Positions 41,582 through 49,803 of a stretch of 64,000 bases of DNA are shown piece after piece. Position 1 is the stretch's first letter. Each line of letters opens with the position of its first letter. The translations under genes and the position numbers were made by a program. Under the pieces are notes generated by a model. The model saw nothing but the letters and a program-made list of their open reading frames with translations. It was not told where the DNA came from and made no database searches. Source of the stretch: Deferrisomatales bacterium (GTDB taxonomy: Bacteria > Desulfobacterota > Deferrisomatia > Deferrisomatales > JACRMM01); NCBI GenBank assembly GCA_033551855.1, contig JAWSUI010000016.1, positions 1 to 64,000 on the forward strand, written 5' to 3'.

Positions 41582-42091
41582 ATGACCATCGACGAGGCTC
41601 TCGTCACCGCCCTCGAGCTCGAACACCGGGTGCGGGACCACTTTCGGCGCGCGGCGGACCAGACCCCCGAGCCCGAGGCCCGGCGGTTCTTCGAGCTCAT
41701 GGCCCGGGAGGAGGAGGGGCACGTGGCGTACCTTGAGGCCAAGCTCGACCAGTGGCGGCAGACGGGGGCCCTGGGGGCGACCGAGCTGAACACGGCGGTG
41801 CCCAGCCGGGACTGGTTGGCCGAGGGGAGGGTTTCGCTGCAAGCTCAGGCCGCCGGCCTCCCGGGGCCGTCCCCCCGGCAGCACCTCTTCACCGCCCTCG
41901 AGCTCGAGCACCAGGTGAGTGAGTTCTACCGGCGCCTCGTGGCCTCCGTGGACCACCCCGAGGCCGAGGAGCTCTTCCGGAGGTTCCTGGAGATCGAGGA
42001 CGGCCACACTGCCCTGGTCCAGGCCGAGATCGACTACGAGACCCACACGGGCAACTTCTTCGACGTCCAGGAGTTCACCCTGGACGGGTGA
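41582..42091 (+). CDS. Rubrerythrin-like ferritin-fold di-iron protein
   Basis: Two ALELE...ExxH repeats (EEEGH, IEDGH); ATG 41582 after GGAGG. Confidence 0.85.
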   Translation: MTIDEALVTALELEHRVRDHFRRAADQTPEPEARRFFELMAREEEGHVAYLEAKLDQWRQTGALGATELNTAVPSRDWLAEGRVSLQAQAAGLPGPSPRQHLFTALELEHQVSEFYRRLVASVDHPEAEELFRRFLEIEDGHTALVQAEIDYETHTGNFFDVQEFTLDG

Positions 42092-42116
42092 GCGCGACGG
42101 GAGGGAGGGGCCGCTC

Positions 42117-42911
42117 TCAGCGGCGCCCCCGGTCCCGACTCCGCCGATGGTCATCCGGGTTCGGCCAGCGGGATTCCCCGCGCCCGCCCCGACCGCGGCG
42201 CCCGTCCCCGAACCGACGGGAGTCGTCTCTCCACCGGAGTTCCCGATCCCAGCGCGTGCCGGGGCCCCGGTGCTCGAACCGCTGCCGGTGCCCCCACGCG
42301 TCCCGCCACCGATACCGGTCGTAGATCCGGGGCCCGACGAAGACCTTCTCCCGGATGACCAACGGGTGCCGGTGCCGGAAGTCCCGCCGCGGTAGGTAGT
42401 AGCGCCCGTGGTAGGGATACCCGCTGCGGTACACGTAGGAAAAGCTCAGGAACAGGGGATAGGGCCCGTAGAAACCCGCCGGGTAGCGGTAGTAGTGCGG
42501 CGGCGGGGTGTACACGACGACCTGCTGGGCCGGCGGAGGTGTCGTCGTCGGCGTTCGTGCGCGGTCCTCCGCTACGATCTCCCACGTCCCGTCCGGCTGC
42601 CGGCAGGCCGTTCCGTAGCCCTGCTCCTCCCGGCCGCCGATGAAGATGGTGGTAACGAACTCGCGGCAGGGCCGTCCCCGCACGTCCTCGTAGGTCGCCA
42701 TCGGCACGACCCCCCCTGACCGACCGGTGTCGGGGTTGACCCACTCCGCGGCCCGGCGGGTGGGGTTGTACTCCAGGGCGTACTGGAGCGTGTCGGTCAT
42801 GGCGTCCTGTTCGCCCGGGTCCAGGACTCCCCCGTTCGGCCCCTGGCCATAGGCCGCGCCCGCTGCGGCCAGGAACCAGGCCGCGACCAGAGCTTCCACA
42901 GCGCGTCCCAT
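42117..42911 (-). CDS. 17-kDa surface-antigen-like (RT0821/Lpp0805) exported protein with a Tyr/Arg/Gly-rich tail
   Basis: Signal peptide; QYALE..WVNPDTGRSG..CREF..YGTACRQPDGTWEI. Confidence 0.78.
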   Translation of the reverse strand: MGRAVEALVAAWFLAAAGAAYGQGPNGGVLDPGEQDAMTDTLQYALEYNPTRRAAEWVNPDTGRSGGVVPMATYEDVRGRPCREFVTTIFIGGREEQGYGTACRQPDGTWEIVAEDRARTPTTTPPPAQQVVVYTPPPHYYRYPAGFYGPYPLFLSFSYVYRSGYPYHGRYYLPRRDFRHRHPLVIREKVFVGPRIYDRYRWRDAWGHRQRFEHRGPGTRWDRELRWRDDSRRFGDGRRGRGGRGESRWPNPDDHRRSRDRGRR

Positions 42912-43067
42912 GCTCGGTCTCCCTTCCCGGCCCCGCCGCCCTCCCCCGCATGCCCCCCCGTCGGGTCGGCCGGCCGTGTGGCGGTCTCTGCCCCCAACAC
43001 CCTCACCTTAGAGCATAACACCCGAGGGGTCGTTCGGCATGTGACAGCCAGGGGAACGTTCCCCCCC

Positions 43068-43262
43068 GGATCCACCGGCTGGTCGGCAAGCGGAGTCCGG
43101 GGGGCCCTGCGTTTCGCCCCGCAACCCGCGGGAACTCGACCAGGTGTCCCGGCAGTCCCCGGTGCGCCGGGCTGTACCCCCTTGCGCCGGGCTCGTCGAG
43201 TGGGTGGATGCGGTACGGGGCTGCTCTCCTGGGCTCCCGGACTCCGCCCCACGGTGGGGCGG
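43068..43262 (+). repeat. Repeat family B copy
   Basis: Collinear with 41227-41420. Confidence 0.8.
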
Positions 43263-43356
43263 TGGCTTCCGGTCCCCGCGCTGCGAGCGCTTCCGTGGAC
43301 GGGCCTTGGACCGGCCGCTTCCGTTTCCTCCGCGCCCTTTCCGGTGCTTCCTCGCG

Positions 43357-43608
43357 TCAGCCCCCCGCTTCGAGCCCGCACAAGTAGTTCTTGATCGGGA
43401 TCGCGCCGGTGATGTGGGTCATGTCGTCGAGGACGAGGATGGGGAGCGCCCGCTCGGCCACGCTCACGAGACCGTGCCAGGCCAGGTGGGCCAGGGCGTC
43501 GGCGTTGTCGGGCCCCAGGACCTCCACGGCGACGCCGAGCCCGGGCAGGTCCACGTGCTGCTTCACGTAGTCGCACTTGCCGCAGTCTTCTTTGGTGAAG
43601 AGGGTCAT
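43357..43608 (-). CDS. Small glutaredoxin/NrdH-like protein
   Basis: From ATG 43608: MTLFTKEDCGKCDYVK...LPILV (CxxC plus cis-Pro region); 83 aa; follows nrdD. Confidence 0.75.
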   Translation of the reverse strand: MTLFTKEDCGKCDYVKQHVDLPGLGVAVEVLGPDNADALAHLAWHGLVSVAERALPILVLDDMTHITGAIPIKNYLCGLEAGG

Positions 43609-43738
43609 GGAGGGCCTCCTTCGAGAGGGCGATCCGCTGTCTGCAAACACGCCTGGTCCGGTCCGTTGTCCGTGAGGGCGCGACCCCGGTATTCCTTCCC
43701 CCAGGCCGCCGCTCCCACGGGGAAGCGGCGGCAGCCGG

Positions 43739-45874
43739 TCACTCGCCGGCCGCCTTCGCCCCGGGCAGCGCAGCGAAAAAACCCTTGTTGCGCATCCGGT
43801 CGTGGAGCTCGCCGAGCTTCCCCTTGTTCCAGGAGTTGATCTTGGTGAAATACCCCGTGATGCGCGTGATCCCCTCGACCTCGTCGCTCCCGCACCGGGG
43901 GCATTCGGCCTCGAGGCCCCGGGACGTGCGGCCGCAGGCCAGGCAGGTCGTGAACTCGGGGCTGAAGGCGATCTGGTCGTTGTGGGTGTGACGGAAGACT
44001 TTCTCCACGAAGTTGGCCAGGCTCTCGGGAGAAGGCTTCTCCTCGCCGAGCCAGAGGTGGGTGATGGCGCCGGCCTCGATGAGGGGGTGGAACAGCCCCT
44101 CGGCCCGGACCCGCTCCACGGCGTTCTGGGGGCTCCCCACGTGGAGTTGGGTGGAGTTGGTGTAGTAGATCTCCCCCCGGGAGAGGTCCCCCCGCACCGC
44201 GTGCCCTGCCTGGGGGGAGTGGTACTTGAGGTCGAGCTTCGCAAAGCGGTAGGCGGTGGACTCGGCCGGGGTCTGCTCCAGCACGAAGTGCATGCCGTGG
44301 CGCTGGCTCAGCTTCTCGGTCACGAGCTTCATGTGGGCGATGATCTTGAGGCCGAGCTTGAAGGGTGCTTCGCCGTCATGGAGCTCGTGACCGAGGTGGA
44401 CCTTCACGAGCTCGTTCAGCCCCACCATGCCGATGAGGTAGCTGACACGGTGCATGCGCAGGTAGGGCTGCCCGTCGCGGTTCATGCAGAGCAGCCCCAG
44501 GGGTCCCCGGTCCCCCTGGCTCAGAAGCCTCTCGATGAAGGCCTTCTTCTGCAGGTGGGCCCTGCAGGCGAGCTCGATCATCTCCGTGAGGTAGCGGAAG
44601 AGGAGCCCGTCGTCGCCGCCGGCGCGGTACCCGATCCGCGGCAGGTTCAAGGTGACATTCTGCAAGGCCGAGTAGCGCATCTTCCAGGGCTGCTTGGCGT
44701 CCTCGAGGTCCGACTTCTCCAGCTTGAAGGAGAGGCGGCAGCACTCCGAGATCTTGGCGGTCTCGCCCCGGTCGAAGACGAAGTACGTGTTTCCCTTCTC
44801 CGCCGAGACCTCGCAGATCTGGCGCAGGAACTCCCGGTGCCCCTCGGTCCGGAAGAACTTCTCGGTGATGTGCACGAGGGGTTTCGGAAAGAAGAACGGT
44901 CGGCCCGAGGCATCTCCCTCCCGGTAGACCTCGAAGAGGAACGTGACAAAGCGCTGGGCTTCCTTCTCGTACTCCTTGTAGGTCTTCCCGGTCAGCTCGC
45001 CCCCGGGGCCGATGGCCGGCACGTCCTCGAAGTGCTTGGGGACCTCCCAGTAGAGGTTGATGTCGCTGAAGATGGCCTGCCCGCCCCGGGCGACGGCCTG
45101 CTGGGAGTACTCGTAGATCAACATCTGGGCGAGCTGCTTCACCTCCCGGTCGGCCATCCCCACCAGGTAGGGGGCAAAGAAGAGGTTGACCGCATCCCAC
45201 CCGATGGCCCCGGCGAAGTTCGACTGCAGGGCGGCCGAGAACTTGACCATGTGCGCCAGAAGCACCTCGGCGTGCTTTGCGGGCCGGGCGTTGGCCAGAC
45301 TGTTGGGGAGGTTGAGGCCGAACTTCTTCAGATACTCGAGGCTCTGCCCGGAGCAGTACGGTCGGTCGATGAAGCCAAGGTCATGGAGGTGAAGGTCCCC
45401 GCGCATGTGGGCGTCGGCCACGTCCTGTTCGAAGACCGCGAGCAGGGCGTACTCCTTCTTGATGTTCTCCGCCAGGGTGAGGTTGGTGGCCTCGGGCCCG
45501 TGGGGAACGTTTGCGTTCTCCCGGTTGGGCTGCAAGAGGAGCTGCTCCACGTCGAAGAGGGGCATGCCCAGGCGGGTGTGCATCCGACGGGCGCTCTCCA
45601 GCCCGTGCTCGATGAGCTTGGCGTCTACCAACTCACGGATGAGGGGCGCGGTGAGCACCTCGATCTTCGAGCGCTGGATGACCCCTTCCACCGCCAGGGC
45701 CACCTCTTGAGCCGTGCCCTCGTCCAGCAGCGTCTCCCGCATGAGGGCATCGACGATCCTCTGCCGGTCCCAGCCGACGATGTCCATGTCCGACGTGCGG
45801 ACGAAGAGCACCTTGTCCGTCGCGTCGTTGGGCTGCTCCGGGGGTCGCCGTCCGAGCTCCATGACCTCGCCCAT
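43739..45874 (-). CDS. nrdD: Anaerobic (class III) ribonucleoside-triphosphate reductase with ATP cone
   Basis: HLHDLG, RPYCSG, RGGQ.IFS, ECCRL, EQTPAES, YYTNS, CxxC..CPxC and RITGYF (glycyl radical) motifs. Confidence 0.95.
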   Translation of the reverse strand: MGEVMELGRRPPEQPNDATDKVLFVRTSDMDIVGWDRQRIVDALMRETLLDEGTAQEVALAVEGVIQRSKIEVLTAPLIRELVDAKLIEHGLESARRMHTRLGMPLFDVEQLLLQPNRENANVPHGPEATNLTLAENIKKEYALLAVFEQDVADAHMRGDLHLHDLGFIDRPYCSGQSLEYLKKFGLNLPNSLANARPAKHAEVLLAHMVKFSAALQSNFAGAIGWDAVNLFFAPYLVGMADREVKQLAQMLIYEYSQQAVARGGQAIFSDINLYWEVPKHFEDVPAIGPGGELTGKTYKEYEKEAQRFVTFLFEVYREGDASGRPFFFPKPLVHITEKFFRTEGHREFLRQICEVSAEKGNTYFVFDRGETAKISECCRLSFKLEKSDLEDAKQPWKMRYSALQNVTLNLPRIGYRAGGDDGLLFRYLTEMIELACRAHLQKKAFIERLLSQGDRGPLGLLCMNRDGQPYLRMHRVSYLIGMVGLNELVKVHLGHELHDGEAPFKLGLKIIAHMKLVTEKLSQRHGMHFVLEQTPAESTAYRFAKLDLKYHSPQAGHAVRGDLSRGEIYYTNSTQLHVGSPQNAVERVRAEGLFHPLIEAGAITHLWLGEEKPSPESLANFVEKVFRHTHNDQIAFSPEFTTCLACGRTSRGLEAECPRCGSDEVEGITRITGYFTKINSWNKGKLGELHDRMRNKGFFAALPGAKAAGE

Positions 45875-45922
45875 GCCGGTCTCCTCTTTCGTCAGGGATA
45901 TCGATCGGTTAGGATGACGATA

Positions 45923-45969
45923 TGTCTACATTTGGTGGGATGCGCGGAGCATAACACAACATGTTGTGC
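45923..45969. promoter_or_regulatory. Tandem NrdR boxes
   Basis: tgtCtAcATtTgGtgg (45923) and acaCaAcATgTtGtgc (45954), 31 bp apart, matching the acaCwAtATaTwGtg consensus upstream of nrdD. Confidence 0.82.
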
Positions 45970-46103
45970 TCCGGAACCCAAAACGAGCACCCTCCGAAAT
46001 CTTTCTCGGGGCTCCCCGCGGCCACCCGTTCGGGCTTTCCCGGGGCGGCTCGGGTTTCCGATTCTTCCGGGAAAGGAAGCGGTCCCGCCAGGGCTGCTCT
46101 TCC

Positions 46104-46240
46104 GGATCACCCGGAAAACGGCCGGGCGGGCTCCCAGGTCCCGATGGGGGTAGTACGGTCATCGATCGGCCGTCCGCCGGCGCCGCCGGACCCACCCGGC
46201 CGCCCTTGGGTGCCGAAGCCCGTACTACCCGGGAAGGGCC
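46104..46240. repeat. Repeat family A, shortened and diverged copy
   Basis: cgatcggccgtccgcc..gccgccggacccacccggc..ccttgggtgc..aa.cccgt matches 716-792; TIR-like left end ggatcacccggaaaacggccggg. Confidence 0.65.
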
Positions 46241-46247
46241 GTTTTTC

Positions 46248-46276
46248 TTGCGCCGCCGGGCCCCCTTCATTATGCT
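46248..46276 (+). promoter_or_regulatory. Putative sigma70 promoter of the ECF-sigma operon
   Basis: TTGCGC-17 nt-TATGCT. Confidence 0.5.
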
Positions 46277-46350
46277 GCAGCCGCCCCTCCCCGGCGCTCT
46301 CACCGACAGCTGTGACCTCGGACCCGGGGCCAGCATCTATAGGGTCGTAC

Positions 46351-46950
46351 ATGAACGAAGCGGAACTGGTGGAGCAGGCCCGACAGGGCGACTTCGGGGC
46401 GTTTGAGGCTCTGGTGACCGCTTCCGAGGGAAAGGTGTACGGCCACCTGTTGCGACTGCTCGGGAACGTGGAGGATGCACGGGATTTGCTGCAGGAGACC
46501 TACCTCAGCGCCTTTCGCCATCTGCGATCCTTCAAGGGCGACTCGGCCTTTTCGACCTGGGTCTACCGCATCGCGACCAACCACGCCCTGATGCGCCTGC
46601 GAAAGAGGAACCCGGAGACTGTCGGCCTGGACGAGATCGCCGTTCCCAGCCACGAGGAGCTCAAGGGGCGCACCATCTCGGATTGGGCGCTGAACCCCCG
46701 AGACGCCGTGCTCCGGAAGGAAGTGCGGGAACTGCTCGACCGCGCGATCCAGTCCCTGCCCGCCACCTATCGAACCGTGGTGGTTCTTCGAGACGTACAG
46801 GGGATGGACACCGCGGAGACGGCGGAGATCTTGGGCATCTCCGAGGGGGCGGTGAAGACCCGGCTGCACCGGGCGCGGATCTTTCTCCGGGAGACCTTGA
46901 ACCCCTATTTCGAGGATGAGATGGGGGGGGGCGGGACGGGGGAGCGATGA
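46351..46950 (+). CDS. ECF (RpoE-like) sigma factor
   Basis: From ATG 46351; DARDLLQETY, FSTWVYRIATN, LRDVQG and GAVKTRLHRAR motifs. Confidence 0.93.
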   Translation: MNEAELVEQARQGDFGAFEALVTASEGKVYGHLLRLLGNVEDARDLLQETYLSAFRHLRSFKGDSAFSTWVYRIATNHALMRLRKRNPETVGLDEIAVPSHEELKGRTISDWALNPRDAVLRKEVRELLDRAIQSLPATYRTVVVLRDVQGMDTAETAEILGISEGAVKTRLHRARIFLRETLNPYFEDEMGGGGTGER

Positions 46951-47204
46951 GCGAGATGCTGAGCTGCCGCGAGATCTTGGACCACCTCTCCGCGTACATC
47001 GACGAGGAGCTCGACGTCAGCCTCTGCGAGGAGATCCGACGCCACATGGAGGGCTGCAGCCCCTGCATCGCCTTCTTGAACACCTTGAAGAAGACCGTGG
47101 TGCTCTACCGCTCCTCCGGAGAGCAGGATACGATGCCGGAGGAGGTTCACATCGATCTGCACCGGTTCCTACGCTGGCGCTGCGTGCACGACGCGGGAGA
47201 ATGA
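46947..47204 (+). CDS. Soluble zinc-binding (zf-HC2/ZAS) anti-sigma factor
   Basis: C..ILDHLSAYIDEEL...HMEGCSPC (HxxxCxxC); overlaps the sigma stop; no TM segment. Confidence 0.88.
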   Translation: MSEMLSCREILDHLSAYIDEELDVSLCEEIRRHMEGCSPCIAFLNTLKKTVVLYRSSGEQDTMPEEVHIDLHRFLRWRCVHDAGE

Positions 47205-47285
47205 ATGGAAGCGATCATCTGGATCTTGGTGGTGGTGGGCGTAGTGGCCCTGCTCGTCCGCGGAGGGGGGTGAGGGAGCTGCTGA
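47205..47285 (+). CDS. Candidate 26-aa single-TM selenopeptide with a C-terminal UxxC motif (MEAIIWILVVVGVVALLVRGGG-U-GSC)
   Basis: ATG directly after the anti-sigma stop with a GGAG RBS; hydrophobic helix; TGA at 47271-47273; SECIS-like hairpin 12 nt downstream. Confidence 0.62.
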
Positions 47286-47301
47286 GCCGCCGGTCGGCGG
47301 T
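47286..47301 (+). promoter_or_regulatory. Candidate SECIS element (micropeptide)
   Basis: gccgcc-GGTC-ggcggt hairpin. Confidence 0.62.
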
Positions 47302-47355
47302 ACCCGGAATCCACCCGTTGCAGGCGCGTTGCATACCCTTTCTGAGGAGAAGATC

Positions 47356-47685
47356 ATGGCGACCGAGAAGGTTCTCATCGTGACGGACACCGATTTCGAG
47401 CAGCAAGTCCTCAAGTCCACCCAGCCCGTCCTCGTGGACTTCTGGGCGGCGTGGTGCGGGCCGTGCCGCATGATGAGCCCCGTGGTGGAAGAGCTCGCCG
47501 CAGAGTACGAGGGCAAGGTGGTGATCGCCAAGATGAACGTGGACGAAAATCCCCAGACCCCTGCCAAGTACGGGGTGCGGGGCATCCCGAATCTCAAGCT
47601 CTTCCAGGGCGGTCAGGTTGTCGACGAGATCGTGGGAGCGGTGCCCCGCCAAAAGCTGGAGGAGGTCATCCGGAAGGTTCTCTGA
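47356..47685 (+). CDS. trxA: Thioredoxin
   Basis: VLVDFWAAWCGPC and YGVRGIP motifs; ATG 47356 after GAGGAG. Confidence 0.95.
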   Translation: MATEKVLIVTDTDFEQQVLKSTQPVLVDFWAAWCGPCRMMSPVVEELAAEYEGKVVIAKMNVDENPQTPAKYGVRGIPNLKLFQGGQVVDEIVGAVPRQKLEEVIRKVL

Positions 47686-47885
47686 TGCCCCTCTTCGAGT
47701 ACCTCTGTCCGAGGTGTGGGGAGCGACGGGAGGTCCTGACCCGTTCGGGGGGGGCCGTGCGTCCCCCTTCCTGCCCGGCATGCAGGGCGGTCATGGAGAA
47801 ACAGTTCTCGCCGGTGGCCGCGCACACGCGCGCCAGGAACCAGGGGTGTTCCGCCCCCGGCGGCGGTTTCTCCTGAGCCCCGTGA
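47685..47885 (+). CDS. FmdB-family zinc-ribbon protein; probable Sec at 47874-47876 (...GCSAPGGGFS-U-AP)
   Basis: MPLFEYLCPRCG...CPAC; TGATG coupling to trxA; SECIS-like hairpin 11 nt after the TGA. Without recoding the CDS ends at 47876. Confidence 0.75.
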
Positions 47886-47887
47886 GG

Positions 47888-47903
47888 GAGGCCGGTCGGC
47901 CTC
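47888..47903 (+). promoter_or_regulatory. Candidate SECIS element (FmdB-type protein)
   Basis: gaggcc-GGTC-ggcctc perfect hairpin. Confidence 0.65.
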
Positions 47904-47955
47904 GGCCCGGGGAGAATGCTCCGAACCCGCGGAGAGAGGGACGCAGGCCGGGAAC

Positions 47956-48492
47956 ATGACGCATGCCTGCCGGCGAGGAGCCCTCGTCTTCCTGCTGTTC
48001 CTCCTCTTGCACGGCTGTTCCGGGGAGTCCTCGCCGCAGCGAGCCGACCCGCGGGAGGCGCCCGACTTCGTCTTGACCACCCTGGAAGGGGACCAGGTCA
48101 CCCTCTCCGCCTATCGAGGCAACGTGGTGCTCCTGGATTTCTGGGCCACCTGGTGCCCCCCGTGCCGCACCAGCATCGCCCACAACGTGGAGCTCCAGGA
48201 GAAGTATGGACCTCGAGGGTTCACGGTCCTGGGACTGAGCTTGGACAAGAACCCTGAGGATGTGGAACAGTTTCTTCGCCGCCAGGATGTGAATTTCCCC
48301 ATGATGTTCCTGGACGAGCCGACCCGTCAGGCGTACGGCGGGGTGCCCACGATCCCCTATTCGGTGCTCATCGACCGCACGGGGCGGATCCGTCAGAAGA
48401 AGTTGGGCTTTACACGGGAGGTGGCCGAGAGCGTGGAGAGGACCATCGAGCGTCTGCTGACGGAAGGCACACCCCTCCCCTACGGCTCGTGA
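47956..48492 (+). CDS. TlpA/ResA-family thiol-disulfide oxidoreductase, lipoprotein
   Basis: LHGC lipobox; APDF, LLDFWATWCPPC and PTIP motifs. Confidence 0.92.
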   Translation: MTHACRRGALVFLLFLLLHGCSGESSPQRADPREAPDFVLTTLEGDQVTLSAYRGNVVLLDFWATWCPPCRTSIAHNVELQEKYGPRGFTVLGLSLDKNPEDVEQFLRRQDVNFPMMFLDEPTRQAYGGVPTIPYSVLIDRTGRIRQKKLGFTREVAESVERTIERLLTEGTPLPYGS

Positions 48493-48535
48493 GTTTCGCC
48501 GGCCGTCCCCCATCCCCCGCCGGAGGTGACCCGCC

Positions 48536-49054
48536 ATGAACCGACTCCACCGGGGGGCCCTGGTCCTCTTGTTCGCCGCGGCCGTGGCCGGGGGCCCCGG
48601 ATGTTCCGGCGACCCCGTGCCGGAGTCCCCGAGGATCGCCCCCGACTTCACGCTGACTGCCCTCGACGGGGAACCGGTCCGCCTCTCCGACCACCGTGGC
48701 CGGGTGGTCTTGCTGGACTTCTGGGCCACGTGGTGCGCCCCCTGCCGGGTTTCGATTCCACACCTGGTGGAACTGCAGGAGAAGTATCGCGGCGACGGCC
48801 TCGTCGTGATCGGGATGAACATGGATCACGACCAACAGGAGCTCGAGGCCTTCCTCCGCCGGCAAACCATCAACTACCCTGTCGTGGCCGTGACCGAGGA
48901 GCTGCGAGCGGCCTACGGGGGGGTCGTCTCCATACCCTTGGCCTTTGCCGTGGACCGGAAGGGCCACATTCGGCAGCGTTTCTTGGGGTACGACCGCCGG
49001 GTGGCCAAGGACATGGAGCAGACGATCCAGACGCTGCTCCGAGAGGCCCCGTGA
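48536..49054 (+). CDS. TlpA/ResA-family thiol-disulfide oxidoreductase (tandem paralog)
   Basis: APDF, LLDFWATWCAPC and SIP motifs; clearly similar to the preceding gene. Confidence 0.92.
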   Translation: MNRLHRGALVLLFAAAVAGGPGCSGDPVPESPRIAPDFTLTALDGEPVRLSDHRGRVVLLDFWATWCAPCRVSIPHLVELQEKYRGDGLVVIGMNMDHDQQELEAFLRRQTINYPVVAVTEELRAAYGGVVSIPLAFAVDRKGHIRQRFLGYDRRVAKDMEQTIQTLLREAP

Positions 49055-49244
49055 CCCTGCGGGCAGCAACGGCGGCCCGGAACCGCAACGCCTGTGGATC
49101 CACCTGCTGCGCAGCGGGATGACCGGGTTGGGCGCCTGCGTCCTCCTCGTCCACCTGGATGGATGGGTCTCGTGAGGTGTTCGCGCGCGCCTTGCAACCA
49201 CTTCCCCCACCCCGCCCTGCCCACGAACATGCCTCCACGGCGCC

Positions 49245-49802
49245 TCAGGGTCTGAGAGAGCCCTCCTCCAGCCGGAGTCGCGAGGGATCGTAGCCCAGCC
49301 GAGACAACCGGGTCTCGATGCCCCGGTAGAGGGCCTCGGGGAGCGACGGGGTGCGGCTCAGGACCCACAGGTACTTCCGGGAGGGGTGCCCCACCACGGC
49401 GTACTCGTAGGCGGCGCCGAGGTCGATGATCCAGTAATCCCCGTAGAAGGGCCGGAAGAAGCTCACCCTGAGCTTTGCGTTGGTCGTCGGGTCCACGACC
49501 TTCGCGACGCCCTCCACGCTCCTCACCTCTCCGTCGGGGCTGCCTTCCCGGCACTCGTTTCGCACGTCGAGCCGGCCATCCTCGCGAAGAAGATAGGTGG
49601 CCCGGCTCGCGTAACACCCCTCCTGGAAGCGGTGCGGGTAGCGGGCCACCTCGTACCAGGTGCCCGCGTAGCGTTCCAGTTCGACCCGGGGAACCACGGG
49701 AAGCTCGGGTCCGGGCGCTCGGCGATGGCAGGAGGGCAAGAGGCAGGCGCCGAACACCAGGGCAAACCCCAGGACGGCGGAGGGTGATCGCCGGACCCCC
49801 AT
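49245..49802 (-). CDS. blc: Bacterial lipocalin
   Basis: RYAGTWYEVAR, KLRVSFF.PFYGDYWII and YLWVLSRTP motifs. Confidence 0.92.
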   Translation of the reverse strand: MGVRRSPSAVLGFALVFGACLLPSCHRRAPGPELPVVPRVELERYAGTWYEVARYPHRFQEGCYASRATYLLREDGRLDVRNECREGSPDGEVRSVEGVAKVVDPTTNAKLRVSFFRPFYGDYWIIDLGAAYEYAVVGHPSRKYLWVLSRTPSLPEALYRGIETRLSRLGYDPSRLRLEEGSLRP

Positions 49803-49803
49803 C

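Noticed and set aside
47283..47345. Second UGA of the micropeptide also read as Sec (extension AAGRRYPESTRCRRVAYPF)
   Set aside because: The hairpin abuts this UGA with zero spacing, which does not fit SelB geometry; treated as the true stop.
49051..49250. Cys-rich short frame (…ACGSTCCAAG-TGA) after the second TlpA as another selenopeptide
   Set aside because: No GGUC-type hairpin at the expected distance, no clear RBS, and the readthrough sequence looks non-coding.
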